DNA of 64,000 nucleotides from Malacoraja senta (taxonomy: Eukaryota). The translations under genes and the position numbers were made by a program. Below, piece by piece: positions 38,730-50,252 of this stretch (positions are counted from its first letter, which is position 1; every line of letters begins with the position of its first letter). The stretch covers positions 5,704,001 to 5,768,000 of the forward strand of contig CM075989.1 in the NCBI GenBank assembly GCA_038087875.1, read 5' to 3'. Below the pieces are notes generated by a model. It worked only from the letters and a program-made list of their open reading frames with translations, was not told where the DNA came from and searched no databases.

Positions 38730-41563
38730 TGTAGGAAAGAACTGCAGATACTGGTTTAAATTGAAGGTAGACACAAAATGCTGGAGGAACTCAGCGGGAC
38801 AGGCAGCATCTCTGGAGAGAAGGAATGGGTGACGTTTTTGGTCGAGACCCTTCTTCAGACTGATGTCAGGGGAGTAGGCGGTACAGAGATAGAATGTAGT
38901 CGGAGTCAGTAAGACTGGTGGGAGAACTGGGAAGGGGGAGGGGATGGAAAGAGAGGAAAGCAAGGGCTACTTGAAGTTAGATAAGTCAATGCTAATACCG
39001 CTGGGGTGTAAGCTACCCAAGCAAAGTATGAGGTGCTGTTCCTCCAATTTGCACTGGGATTCTGACAATGGAGGAGGCCCAGAACAGAACGGTCAGATTG
39101 CGAATGGGAGAGGGAGTTAAAGTACAAAGCAACTGGGAGATCAGGTAAGTTTAGGCGGACTGAGCGGAGGTGTTCAGCGAAACGATCACCGAGCCTGCGC
39201 TTGGTCTAGCCGATTTTCAGCAATCGAAACCTGGAGCAGCGGATATTGTAGATAAGGTTGGAGGAGGTGCAAGTGGATCTCTGCCTCGCCTGAAAAGACT
39301 GTCAGGGTTCTTGGACGGAGTCGAGGGGGGAGGTAAAGGTGTTGCATCTCCTGCGGTTGCAGGGGAAAGTACCGGGAGAGGGGATGGTTTGGGTGAGAAG
39401 GGACGAGTTGACCAGGGAGTTGCGGAGGGCACGGTCTTTACGAAAAGCAGAAAGGGGTGGAGATGGGAAGGTGTGGCCAGTAGTGGGACCCGTTGGAGGT
39501 GGTGAAAATGTCGGAGGATTACAATACAATACAATACGGTTTTATTCGTCACATTGCACATAAAGTGCAAGTGAAATGAATTTTCCAGCAGCGGTACGAT
39601 GATAAAGAACACACAATACACAATAAAAATTTAACACAAACATCCACCACAGCACACAATTTGGCCAGTCCTCCTCAATTTTCCCCCGTGGTCGGGACCT
39701 CAACCCTCCGCAGTCGTCGCTGCGGGCGTCCAGATGTGCAGACAGGTAAAAGTCCAGGTAAGTCCAGAGTCGGCTCTTCCCCACCGGAGACCGCGGCTTT
39801 AGGTTGGTGTAGGCCGCAGGCCAGCGGTCGAAGTTTTAAAGTTCCCGCCGCGCCGCAGCGAGAAGCACCGCAGACCGCAGGACCAGCAGTCGAAGCTCCC
39901 CTCCAGGGGTGATGGTAAGTCCACGCCAGGCCCGCGGTAGAAGTAGGCCGCGGGCCGGCAGTGGTGGCTTCTTCTTCTCCCGGGTTCCCCACGAGGGATC
40001 CCGGGCTGCGGACGCCGCGCCAGCTGGAGCTCTGCAGACCGCGACTTCAGGCTGCAGGCTGCCGCGGGCCAGCGAAACGGAGCGCTCCACTCTGGCGAGC
40101 CCCAGTGAGGGCTCGCCCGCTCCACGGCGAGAGTCCACGCTGCACCCGCCGCTGAAGCCCAGGCGCGTCTCCAGGAAAGGCCGCACCGATCCTTGCTGTT
40201 AGGCCACGGGGGAGGCGACCTGGAAAAAGTCGCCTCTCTGTTGAGGAGGCGACCGAAACGGTTTCCCCCTCACCCCCCCACACGTAACACACAAAGAAAC
40301 ATAGAAACATAGAAAATAGGTGCAGGAGTAGGCCATACGGCCCTTTGAGCCTGCACCGCCATTCAATATGATCATGGCTGATCATCCAACTCAGTATCCT
40401 GTACCTGCCTTCTCTCCATACCCCCTGATACCTTTAGCCACAAGGGCCACATCTAATTCCCTCTTAAATATAGCCAATGAACTGGCCTCAACTACCTTCT
40501 GTGGCAGAGAATTCCAGAGATTCACCACTCTCTGTGTGAAAAATGTTTTTCTCATCTCGGTCCTAAAAGATTTCCCCCTTATCCTTAAACTGTGACCCCT
40601 TGTTCTGGACTTCCCCAACAATCTTCCTGCATCTAGCCTGTCCAACCCCTTAAGAATTTTGTAAGTTTCTATAAGATCCCCCCTCAATCTTCTAAATTCT
40701 AGCGAGCACAAGCCAAGTCTATCCAGTCTTTCTTCATATGAAAGTCCTGACATCCCAGGAATCAGTCTGGTACATCCCAGGAATCAGTCTGGTTAAAAAC
40801 ATTAAAAACATACTTTAAAACATACAATTTTTTTTTTTTATGTAGAAAAAAACGGACACGCTACTGACAGGGTGCCGGCTTGCAGCGCCCCCACCGACCC
40901 AATTATGTGCTGTATGCGACGGCTGATGGGGTGGAAGGTGACGAAAAGGGGGACCCTGTCTTTGTTACGAATGGGGGGAGGGGGAGCAAGAACGGAGCTG
41001 CGGGGAATCGAGGAGACCCTAGTGAGAGCCTCATCTATAATGGAAGAAGGGAACCCCTGTTCCCTAAAGAATTAGGACATCTCTGATGACCTGGAATGGA
41101 AAACCTCATCCTGGGCGCAGATGCGGCGTAGACGGAGGAATTGGGTGTAGGGGATAGAGTCTTTACAGGAAGCAGGGTGGGGAGAAGAGTGGTCTAGATA
41201 GCTATGGGAGTCAGTGGGTTTGTAATAGATGTCAGTCAATAGTCTGTCTCCAGCGATGGAGATGGTGAGATCTAGAAACGGTAGGGAGATGTCGGAGATG
41301 GTCCAAGTGAATTTGAGTGCAGGATGGAAATTAGTCGTGAAGTTGATGAAGTCAGTGAGTTCTGCATGGGTGCAGGAGGTAGCACCGATGCAGTCGTCAA
41401 TGTAGCAGAGGTAGAGTTCGGGGATAGGGCCAGTGTACGCCTGGAACAGGGATTGTTTGACGTATCCTACAAAGAGGCAGGCATAACAGGGGCCCATGCG
41501 AGTGCCCATAGTTACGCCTTCGATTTGGAGGAAGTGGGAGAAGTCGAAGGAGAAATTGTTGAC
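38730..41563 (-). mobile_element. Penelope-like element interrupted by nested insertions
   Basis: ORF 41072..41620 (QIEGVTMGTRMGP, YIDD, LPFLDL). The sequence breaks at ggaggatta (about 39521) and resumes at attatgtgctg (about 40902); hammerhead tail at 38831-38858. Confidence 0.9.
39522..40901 (-). mobile_element. GC-rich non-autonomous retroelement with (attgt)n tail, itself interrupted by a CR1 3' fragment (40297-40792)
   Basis: Minus-strand 3' end catttcacttgcactttatgtgcaatgtgacgaataaa...(tattg)n; CR1 ORF 40391..40753 inside. Confidence 0.7.
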
Positions 41564-41625
41564 ATATAAAATATGTCTCCGCATTTTGACATTAATAACA
41601 GCAAGCTTACCTATCTTCAACTCAC

Positions 41626-41827
41626 CTCTCTTTCAATGTGGTAATGGTACCTTCGGTGTGTGCATTGGCTGTAATGAGGTAAACTGCACCACTTTTGCAG
41701 GTTGCCAATACCTGGGATTTTGAATGTCCATTTGATGATGCAGAGGGAACACAATAACTGGACTCCAGGATATGCAGACTCCTGATAGCACTGTCAACCG
41801 AAACGGCCAAGACTGATATTGGGAGAC
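41626..41827 (-). CDS. WDR93: WDR93-like internal exon (202 nt, phase 1 to 2)
   Basis: Acceptor gttttctcttag, donor AG/gtgagt. Translates GLPISVLAVSVDSAIRSLHILESSYCV...SKSQVLATCKSGAVYLITANAHTEGTITTLKER; overlaps ORF 41622..41810. Confidence 0.85.
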
Positions 41828-42254
41828 CTAAGAGAAAACATGGGTTTGGATCTCAATAATGTAAAGCCACATTTACTAAATTTAGAGAGCTAAAAAATAT
41901 AATTAGTGAGCAATTAACAGCAGCTGTAAATTCATTCAAATTATTAGACCCGGGTTCGATCCCAAGGACGGCAGGTTTGATCCCAACTATGGGTGCTATC
42001 TGTACATTCTCCCCGTGATAACCTGAGTTTTCTCTGAGATCTTCGGTCTCCTCCCACACTCCAAAGACGTACAGGTTTGTAGGTTAATTGGCTTGGTATG
42101 AATGTAAAATTGTCCCTAGTGTTTGTAGGGTAGTGTTAATGTGCAGGGATCGTTGGTCGTCGCGGACTCGGTGGGGCAAAGGGCCTGTTTCCGTGTGGTA
42201 TCTCTAAACTAAATAAATTAACTTAAATGCCCAAATACTGAGGTAAATACCTAC

Positions 42255-42386
42255 CCATGTACAGGTCCCATAACGTCACTGTCCCATCAGTAAGGCTAAT
42301 CGCCAGGAGTGCTGCACAGGTTTCCACAACAGAACAAGTGATCGGAAACGCATTAGGCCACACAATGTTAGCTTTTGGCTCCAGAT
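42255..42386 (-). CDS. WDR93: WDR93-like internal exon with WD-repeat end (132 nt, phase 1 to 1)
   Basis: Acceptor tttctgcttctctgtag, donor G/gtaggt. Translates (D)LEPKANIVWPNAFPITCSVVETCAALLAISLTDGTVTLWDLYM; contains the WD motif DGTVTLWD. Confidence 0.9.
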
Positions 42387-43406
42387 CTACAGAGAAGCAG
42401 AAATATTGAACTTATCCACATACTTTTGTTTATACACATTAAAACAAGACCTTTATAGAAATCTTCAGGTCACCTTTAAATATGCAACAGAGCCACATAT
42501 ACATTTTAGTGTATATATATATATATACATTTTAGTGTGTGTATATATATAAATAAATTGAAAGAGACAACTGTGATTAGGGGACCAGGGGACTATGATT
42601 AGGGGATTAATGGTGTAAGGATGAAACAAAGCGTGATAAAGTCTTACGAAGATCTGAATCAAAATTCAAGATTGGCCAGAAATTCATTCTGGTTCACAGC
42701 ACTATATAGATGCTTCATTGCATTGGCTTGTGCCTCAGCAATCAATTCGACCGACTTCAGTGGAATTAATTTTAGAGCCACACAGATGTACAGCAGAGAA
42801 ATAGGCTCTTTAGCTCACTATGTCCATGCTGCCCATTTTACCTGTCACACAAATCCCTTGTATCTGCATTAGATCTGTAGCCTTTAGATCTTGGCATTTC
42901 AAATATTTGTCTGGATGCCTCTTACATGTCGTTAGAGTATTTGCCTCCATGACCTGCTGCCTCCACCATCTTCAGACAGCACATTCCAGACTCTAACAAC
43001 ATTCTACTGAAAATTAATCCTCCTCAGATCCATCCCAAGTTCCCTCCTCTCATGATACACCGATGACCTCTTGCTATAGCTACATTGAGTAAAAGGCTTT
43101 TACGATCTACCCTAACTAGCGCCATGATTTTATATACCTCAATCTGCTCACCACTTAGTATCCTCCTCTTCAGGGAAACAAATCCAGCTCATCTAATTTC
43201 TTCTTATAACTAAAATTCAGTCAATATCCTCGACACTCTCTTTAGCACAATTGCATTCTTCCTAGAATGTGGTGAACAGAACTGCATATGTACTCCAGGC
43301 ATAACTGGAACAATGTTTTATTAAATTGTAATATAACAGTCCTATATTTTCTTCTATGCCACAGCCAAGGCAAGCATCCCATGTGCACCACCTTATACAC
43401 CTGTGC

Positions 43407-44977
43407 TGTCAATTTGAAGAAATGGCGATTGACCAGTTAACTGATCAGTTAACGAGGGACATTTTAGTGACTGGCATGAGCGACCAAAAGCTCAGATCAG
43501 AACTTCTGCGAAAGCCAGATTTGACCCTAGAGGAAGCAGTTCATGCTTGCAGAACAGCAGAATTTATCGACCCTCTAGACAGTCAGCAAGCTACCAAAAC
43601 CAAACCCTCTGTAGACAGACTCCAGACACGCTATGTGATCCAAAACCATCTTTAATCAGCACTTAAACTTTAACAGCATAAAGGATGGTTAGATGTCAGA
43701 ACATGCCAACTGCTACTCGAACTGAGTATTGCCAGAAGCAAGTGTTAATATAAACGTTATCGTGGGGTGGGGTTAGTAATGCTAACTATATGTGATTGGT
43801 TAACATGCATAATCAATCTACATCCTTCCCCCTAAAGACTAAGTGTAAAAGGGCATCCATGCCATGGAGTTAAACATACTCGCCATATCTATCTGGCGGT
43901 CTACTGACATGGCCCGAGCGCGTGCGGACCAAACACCTGTCGTCAGAGCCCCACACCGGCTGTCATTTGCCATGACAGACAGGGTTCAATCCGAGCTAAA
44001 GAACTTGGTCTCCCTGGGCATGATCGAATCAATCAGCGACCCACCGACTGGGTCTCAACTATGGTTGCCACCTTCAAGAAGGATAAAAACAAAATCTGTC
44101 TGTGCATCAACCCGAAAGACCTGAACACTGCCATTAAGCGCCCCCACCATCCCACTTCTGACACCATGTAGACAGACTCCAGACACGCTATGTGATCCAA
44201 AATCATCTTTAATCAGCACTTAAACTTTAACAGCATAAAGGATGGTTAGATGTCAGAACATGCCAACTGTTGCTCGAACTGAGTAGTGCCAGAAGCAAGT
44301 GACAACTGGACATTCCCGTCTGGGCACCATTGTTAACCTGCTGACGAACCACGATCCTACCTTGTGGACTGTGAGGGAGCGGTATACCGGAGAAGTCGAC
44401 AACACCTGCTTGTTGTGCGGGAACCCAGTCCACCACCAGCCAGTCCTTATGCTCCACCGCTCCAGTTCCAGCCGCCCGCTGCCATGTCCCCTACCGGTCC
44501 CCGCATGCCTTGCACCCCTCCACATCCCGCGGTCGAGACTAACCACGGGGCCTCCCCTCCTGCATGTTTCCCCTTTCGGTCACCACAAGCCTCTCCCGCG
44601 CCATTCTCGCCTCCGGGTTCTCCGCCTCATCTTTCAGGAGAGGGAGGACAGGGTTTGGTCCGCACGCGCTCGGGCCGTGTCAGTAGACCGCCAGATAGAT
44701 ATGGCGAGTATGTTTAACTCCATGGCATGAATGCCCTTTTACACTTAGTCTTTAGGGGGAAGGATGTAGATTGATTATGCATGTTAACCAATCACATTTA
44801 GTTAGCATCAATAACCCCACCCCACTATAACGTTTATATTAACACTTGCTTCTGGCACTACTCAGTTCGAGCAGCAGTTGACATGTTCTGACATCTAACC
44901 ATCCTTTATGCTGTTAAAGTTTAAGTGCTGATTAAAGATGATTTTGGATCACATAGCGTGTCTGGAGTCTGTCTACA
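43407..44977. mobile_element. Rearranged Gypsy LTR-retrotransposon fragments (copy A)
   Basis: gag(+) RDILVTGMSDQKLRSELLRKPDLTLEEA; LTR(-) 43610-43822 with PPT and pol end; RT(+) DWVSTMV..KK...CINPKDLNTAIKR; PBS and partial LTR(-) 44149-44301; pol end(+) RTRSGRVSRPPDRY; PPT; LTR(+) 44765-44977 TGTAGA..TCTACA. Confidence 0.88.
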
Positions 44978-45875
44978 TCAGGTAACTGATCCATCCTCTC
45001 ACCAGCTAGAGTGCGGTTCTGACCTCCCATCTACCTCATGGGAGACATTTGAACTATCTTTAATTGGACTTTATCAGATCTTATCTTGCACAAAATAATA
45101 TACCCTTTATACATAATTGTGTACATACTTGAATACATAATTGTGGTGGTAGTAAGGTTATAGCAGTACCGGGAAGTGTGTTACATCATTAGAGATTGTG
45201 TGCATCGGACTGAGATAATAGACCAAGAAGCAATTTGCTACTTAAATGGATATTAAAGATACATAGCGCAATTTAGAGAAGACTAGAAAAGTTCTCTTAT
45301 TGCCTTGAACAAACCGTGAAAGCAGATCAGCAATCCATTCATTTCATCGTTTGAAGAAATTTTGCTATTAACCAAAAATGCCTCCTGAATTTGAATGTCA
45401 TTCATCATATTTCAAGGTAATTTATTGTAAATTCAACTCTGAAAGCATCATGACAATGTTAACAATTCAAGACCTTCCTACACTGTTGTCATTATCCAAG
45501 ATCTATAGAAATAAAATGGTCCCAAGTTTCTTCTTTAATTTACAGATTTTGGTTCAATTTTGAACTCTAAATAATGTGTAAAATTAACATCTGATTGTTG
45601 TAATATAAGCATTGGAGTTTTGCGGAGATTGAGGAGAAAAAAGAGGAGAGATGAAAGAACTTGAAGCCTAAAAGTTTGATAAAAGTATTAAAACTTAGCT
45701 GCTCTTCAACAAAAAATATTCAATTTAAAGTTTTTTTGATTCAATTCAATGCAAAAAATTTGTGAAGTAATTGTAGAAAAGTAATTTTGATAACTCTTAC
45801 TCTATAACTAACTACTAGACTAAGTGAGACCCGTAGGGTCCCTCTCACAAGGGGAGGCCTGGTTCCCCAACGCAA

Positions 45876-46003
45876 CCCCTAATCACAATTGTCTCTTTCA
45901 ATTTATATATATACACACACTAAAATGTATATATATATATATATATATATACATTTTAGTGTGTGTATATATATAAATTGAAAGAGACAATTGTGATTAG
46001 GGG
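45876..46003. repeat. Perfect 128-bp palindrome centred on (TA)n at the duplication junction
   Basis: cccctaatcacaattgtctctttcaatttatatatatacacacactaaaatgta...(ta)n...tacattttagtgtgtgtatatatataaattgaaagagacaattgtgattagggg. Confidence 0.95.
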
Positions 46004-46828
46004 ACCAGGGGACTATGATTAGGGGATTAATGGTGTAAGGATGAAACAAAAGCGTGATAAAGTCTTACGAAGATCTGAATCAAAATTCAAGATTGGCCAG
46101 AAATACATTCTGGTTCACAGCACTATATAGATGCTTCATTGCATTGGCTTGTGCCTCAGCAATCAATTCGACCGACTTCAGTGGAATTAATTTCAGAGCC
46201 ACACAGATGTACAGCAGAGAAATAGGCTCTTTAGCTCACTATGTCCATGCTGCCCATTTTACCTGTCACACAAATCCCTTGTATCTGCATTAGATCTGTA
46301 GCCTTTAGATCTTGGCATTTCAAATATTTGTCTGGATGCCTCTTACATGTCGTTAGAGTATTTGCCTCCATGACCTGCTGCCTCCACCATCTTCAGACAG
46401 CACATTCCAGACTCTAACAACATTCTACTGAAAATTAATCCTCCTCAGATCCATCCCAAGTTCCCTCCTCTCATGATACACCGATGACCTCTTGCTATAG
46501 CTACATTGAGTAAAAGGCTTTTACGATCTACCCTAACTAGCGCCATGATTTTATATACCTCAATCTGCTCACCACTTAGTATCCTCCACTTCAGGGAAAC
46601 AAATCCAGCTCATCTAATTTCTTCTTATAACTAAAATTCAGTCAATATCCTCGACACTCTCTTTAGCACAATTGCATTCTTCCTAGAATGTGGTGAACAG
46701 AACTGCATATGTACTCCAGGCATAACTGGACCAATGTTTTATTAAATTGTAATATAACAGTCTTATATTTTTCTTCTATGCCACAGCCAAGGCAAGCATC
46801 CCATGTGCACCACCTTATACACCTGTGC

Positions 46829-48400
46829 TGTCAATTTGAAGAAATGGCGATTGACCAGTTAACTGATCAGTTAACGAGGGACATTTTAGTGACTGGCATG
46901 AGCGACCAAAAGCTCAGATCAGAACTTCTGCGAAAGCCAGATTTGACCCTAGAGGAAGCAGTTCATGCTTGCAGAACAGCAGAATTTATCGACCCTCTAG
47001 ACAGTCAGCAAGCTACCGAAACCAAACCCTCTGTAGACAGACTCCAGACACGCTATGTGATCCAAAACCATCTTTAATCAGCACTTAAACTTTAACAGCA
47101 TAAAGGATGGTTAGATGTCAGAACATGCCAACTGTTACTCGAACTGAGTATTGCCAGAAGCAAGTGTTAATAAAACGTTATAGTGGGGTGGGGTTAGTAA
47201 TGCTAACTATATGTGATTGGTTAACATGCATAATCAATCTACATCCTTCCCCCTAAAGACTAAGTGTAAAAGGGCATCCATGCCATGGAGTTAAACATAC
47301 TCGCCATATCTATCTGGCGGTCTACTGACATGGCCCGAGCGCGCGTGCGGACCAAACACCTGTCGCCAGAGCCCCACACCCGGCTGTCATTTGCCATGAC
47401 AGACAGGGTTCAATCCGAGCTAAAGAACTTGGTCTCCCTGGCATGATCGAATCAATCAGCGACCCCACCGACTGGGTCTCAACTATGGTTGCCACCTTCA
47501 AGAAGGATAAAAACAAAATCTGTCTGTGCATCAACCCGAAGACCTGAACACCGCCATTAAGCGCCCCCACCATCCCACTTCTGACACCATGTAGACAGAC
47601 TCCAGACACGCTATGTGATCCAAAATCATCTTTAATCAGCACTTAAACTTTAACAGCATAAAGGATGGTTAGATGTCAGAACATGCCAACTGTTGCTTGA
47701 ACTGAGTAGTGCCAGAAGCAAGTGACAACTGGACATTCCCGTCTGGGCACCATTGTTAACCTGCTGACGAACCACGATCCTACCTTGTGGACTGTGAGGG
47801 AGCGGTTATACCGGAGAAGTCGACAACACCTGCTTGTTGTGCGGGAACCCCGTCCACCACCAGCCGGTCCTTATGCTCCACCGCTCCAGTTCCAGCCGCC
47901 CGCGGCCATGTCCCCTACCGGTCCCCACATGCCTTGCACCCCTCCACGTCCCGCGGTCGTGACTAACCACGGGGCCTCCCCTCCTGCATGTTTCCCCTTT
48001 CGGTCACCACAAGCCTCTCCCGCGCCATTCTCGCCTCCGGGTTCTCCGCCTCATCTTTCAGGAGAGGGAGGACAGGGTTTGGTCTGCACGCGCTCGGGCC
48101 GTGTCAGTAGACCGCCAGATAGATATGGCGAGTATGTTTAACTCCATGGCATGGATGCCCTTTTACACTTAGTCTTTAGGGGAAGGATGTAGATTGATTA
48201 TGCATCTTAACCAATCACATTTAGTTAGCATCACTAACCCCACCCCACGATAACGTTTATATTAACACTTGCTTCTGGCACTACTCAGTTCGAGCAGCAG
48301 TTGGCATGTTCTGACATCTAACCATCCTTTATGCTGTTAAAGTTTAAGTGCTGATTAAAGATGATTTTGGATCACATAACGTGTCTGGAGTCTGTCTACA
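46829..48400. mobile_element. Rearranged Gypsy fragments (copy B)
   Basis: Same layout as copy A; 213-bp LTRs at 47032-47244 (-) and 48188-48400 (+). Confidence 0.88.
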
Positions 48401-49230
48401 TCAGATCCATCCTCTCACCAGCTAGAGTGCGGTTCTGACCTCCCATCTACCTCATGGGAGACATTTGAACTATCTTTAATTGGACTTTATCAGATCTTAT
48501 CTTGCACAAAATAATATACCCTTTATACATAATTGTGTACATACTTGAATACATAATTGTGGTGGTAGTAAGGTTATAGCAGTACCGGGAAGTGTGTTAC
48601 ATCATTAGAGATTGTGTGCATCGGACTGAGATAATAGACCAAGAAGCAATTTGCTACTTAAATGGATATTAAAGATACATAGCGCAATTTAGAGAAGACT
48701 AGAAAAGTTCTCTTATTGCCTTGAACAAACCGTGAAAGCAGATCAGCAATCCATTCATTTCATCGTTTGAAGAAATTTTGCTATTAACCAAAAATGCCTC
48801 CTGAATTTGAATGTCATTCATCATATTTCAAGGTAATTTATTGTAAATTCAACTCTGAAAGCATCATGACAATGTTAACAATACAAGACCTTCCTACACT
48901 GTTGTCATTATCCAAGATCTATAGAAATAAAATGGTCCAAGTTTCTTCTTTAATTTACAGATTTTGGTTCAATTTTGAACTCTAAATAATGTGTAAAATT
49001 AACATCTGATTGTTGTAATATAAGCATTGAAATTTTGCAGAGATTGAGGAGAAAAAAGAGGAGAGATGAAAGAACTTGAAGCCTAAAAGTTTGATAAAGT
49101 ATTTAAAGCTTAGCTGCTCTTCAACAAAAAATATTCAATTTAAAGTTTTTTTGATTCAATTCAATGCAAAAAATTTGTGAAGTAATTGTAGAAAAAGTAA
49201 TTTTGATAACTCTTACTCTATAACTAACTA

Positions 49231-50110
49231 CTAGACTAAGTGAGACCCGTAGGGTCCCTCTCACAAGGGGAGGCCTGGATCCCCAACGCAACCCGTTCCA
49301 CATCGCAATATTCCACCACTCACCCATTCCCCCTACGCAACCTGTTCCCCCAACTCAATATTACACCACTCACGCATAGCCCCCACTGCGCAAGCGCGGC
49401 TCATCCCCCAGCATTCCCTCCCCCTCTTCTTCACCCTCCTTCTTCTTTCCTCTCTTTTCCTCCCTCACCTTTCCCCTACCCTCAGTCACTCCCTCCCTCC
49501 CTCCATAACTCCTCTCCCCTCCCTACCCCCTCCTATCCCTCTATCCCCCACCTGCCCCAGTCCTCCCCTACTATTCCTCTTCACCTCCCCACTGCCCTCC
49601 TCTCCCTTTAATCCCCACTCCCTAACTCCCCCACTCCTCTCCCTCAATCCCCCACACTCCCTCCTCACCTCCCCAGGACGGCGATGAAGTTGTACTTAAT
49701 GCAGGGGCTGTCGGGAGGGGGGGGGGGGGTGGGGAGCGTCCTGGAGCCTGGGAAGAGCTTCAGGCAGGGGCTGTGGGTGGGGGGGGGTGGTGAGCGTCCT
49801 GTGGCCGGGTGCGGACTTCAGGCGGGGCTGTCGGGGGGGGTGGGGGGGGGGGGGGGATGGCGAGCATCTTGGGGCCAGGGAGGGGAGGGGGGCGGGCTTG
49901 GGGCGGGGAACCCCAGCCCAGGGCCCAAGGGGGCAGAAATGAAAATAGAAGGGAACCTACCCGTGGCGCCGTCGGTTGGCCATTGTGGACAAAATTCTGG
50001 ATAGGCCCCAACTGCACAGGTGTGACTGAGGACCCGTCGGGTGCCCTTTGCAACGCTAGGAAAGACGCGCACGGGAACTCTCTCCCAACTGCGCATTGCG
50101 TGGGTGGGGG
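49231..50110 (-). mobile_element. Putative non-autonomous Helitron-like element (3' end duplicated at 45815-45878)
   Basis: Minus strand ends GGGACCCTACGGGTCTC (hairpin)-ACTTAGT-CTAG followed by T; low-complexity C/G-rich interior; 5' TC end not identified. Confidence 0.55.
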
Positions 50111-50252
50111 CACATTCTAGACTCTAACCACATTCTACCGAAAAATAATCCTCCTCAGATCCATCCCAAGTTCCCTCCTCTCATGATACACCGATGACCT
50201 CTTGCTATCGACATCTCTACATTGAGTAAAATACTTTTACGATCTACCCTAA

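Larger units (their letters stand above)
42520..49290 (+). repeat. Tandem duplication of a ~3.4 kb unit (copy A about 42520-45878, copy B about 45945-49295)
   Basis: Colinear near-identical sequence at an offset of about 3420-3430 bp; duplicated ORFs 42621/46054, 43356/46709, 44364/47722, 45378/48794. Confidence 0.95.

Noticed and set aside
38658..38730. ILYDGAVHVCAVST as a further WDR93 exon
   Set aside because: The apparent acceptor comes from a PLE tail, and the position does not fit the exon order and phases already established.
43610..44977. ~325-bp terminal inverted repeats suggesting a DNA transposon
   Set aside because: The arms are Gypsy LTR, PPT and pol end; there is no TSD, and the insertion begins about 200 bp further left in gag sequence.
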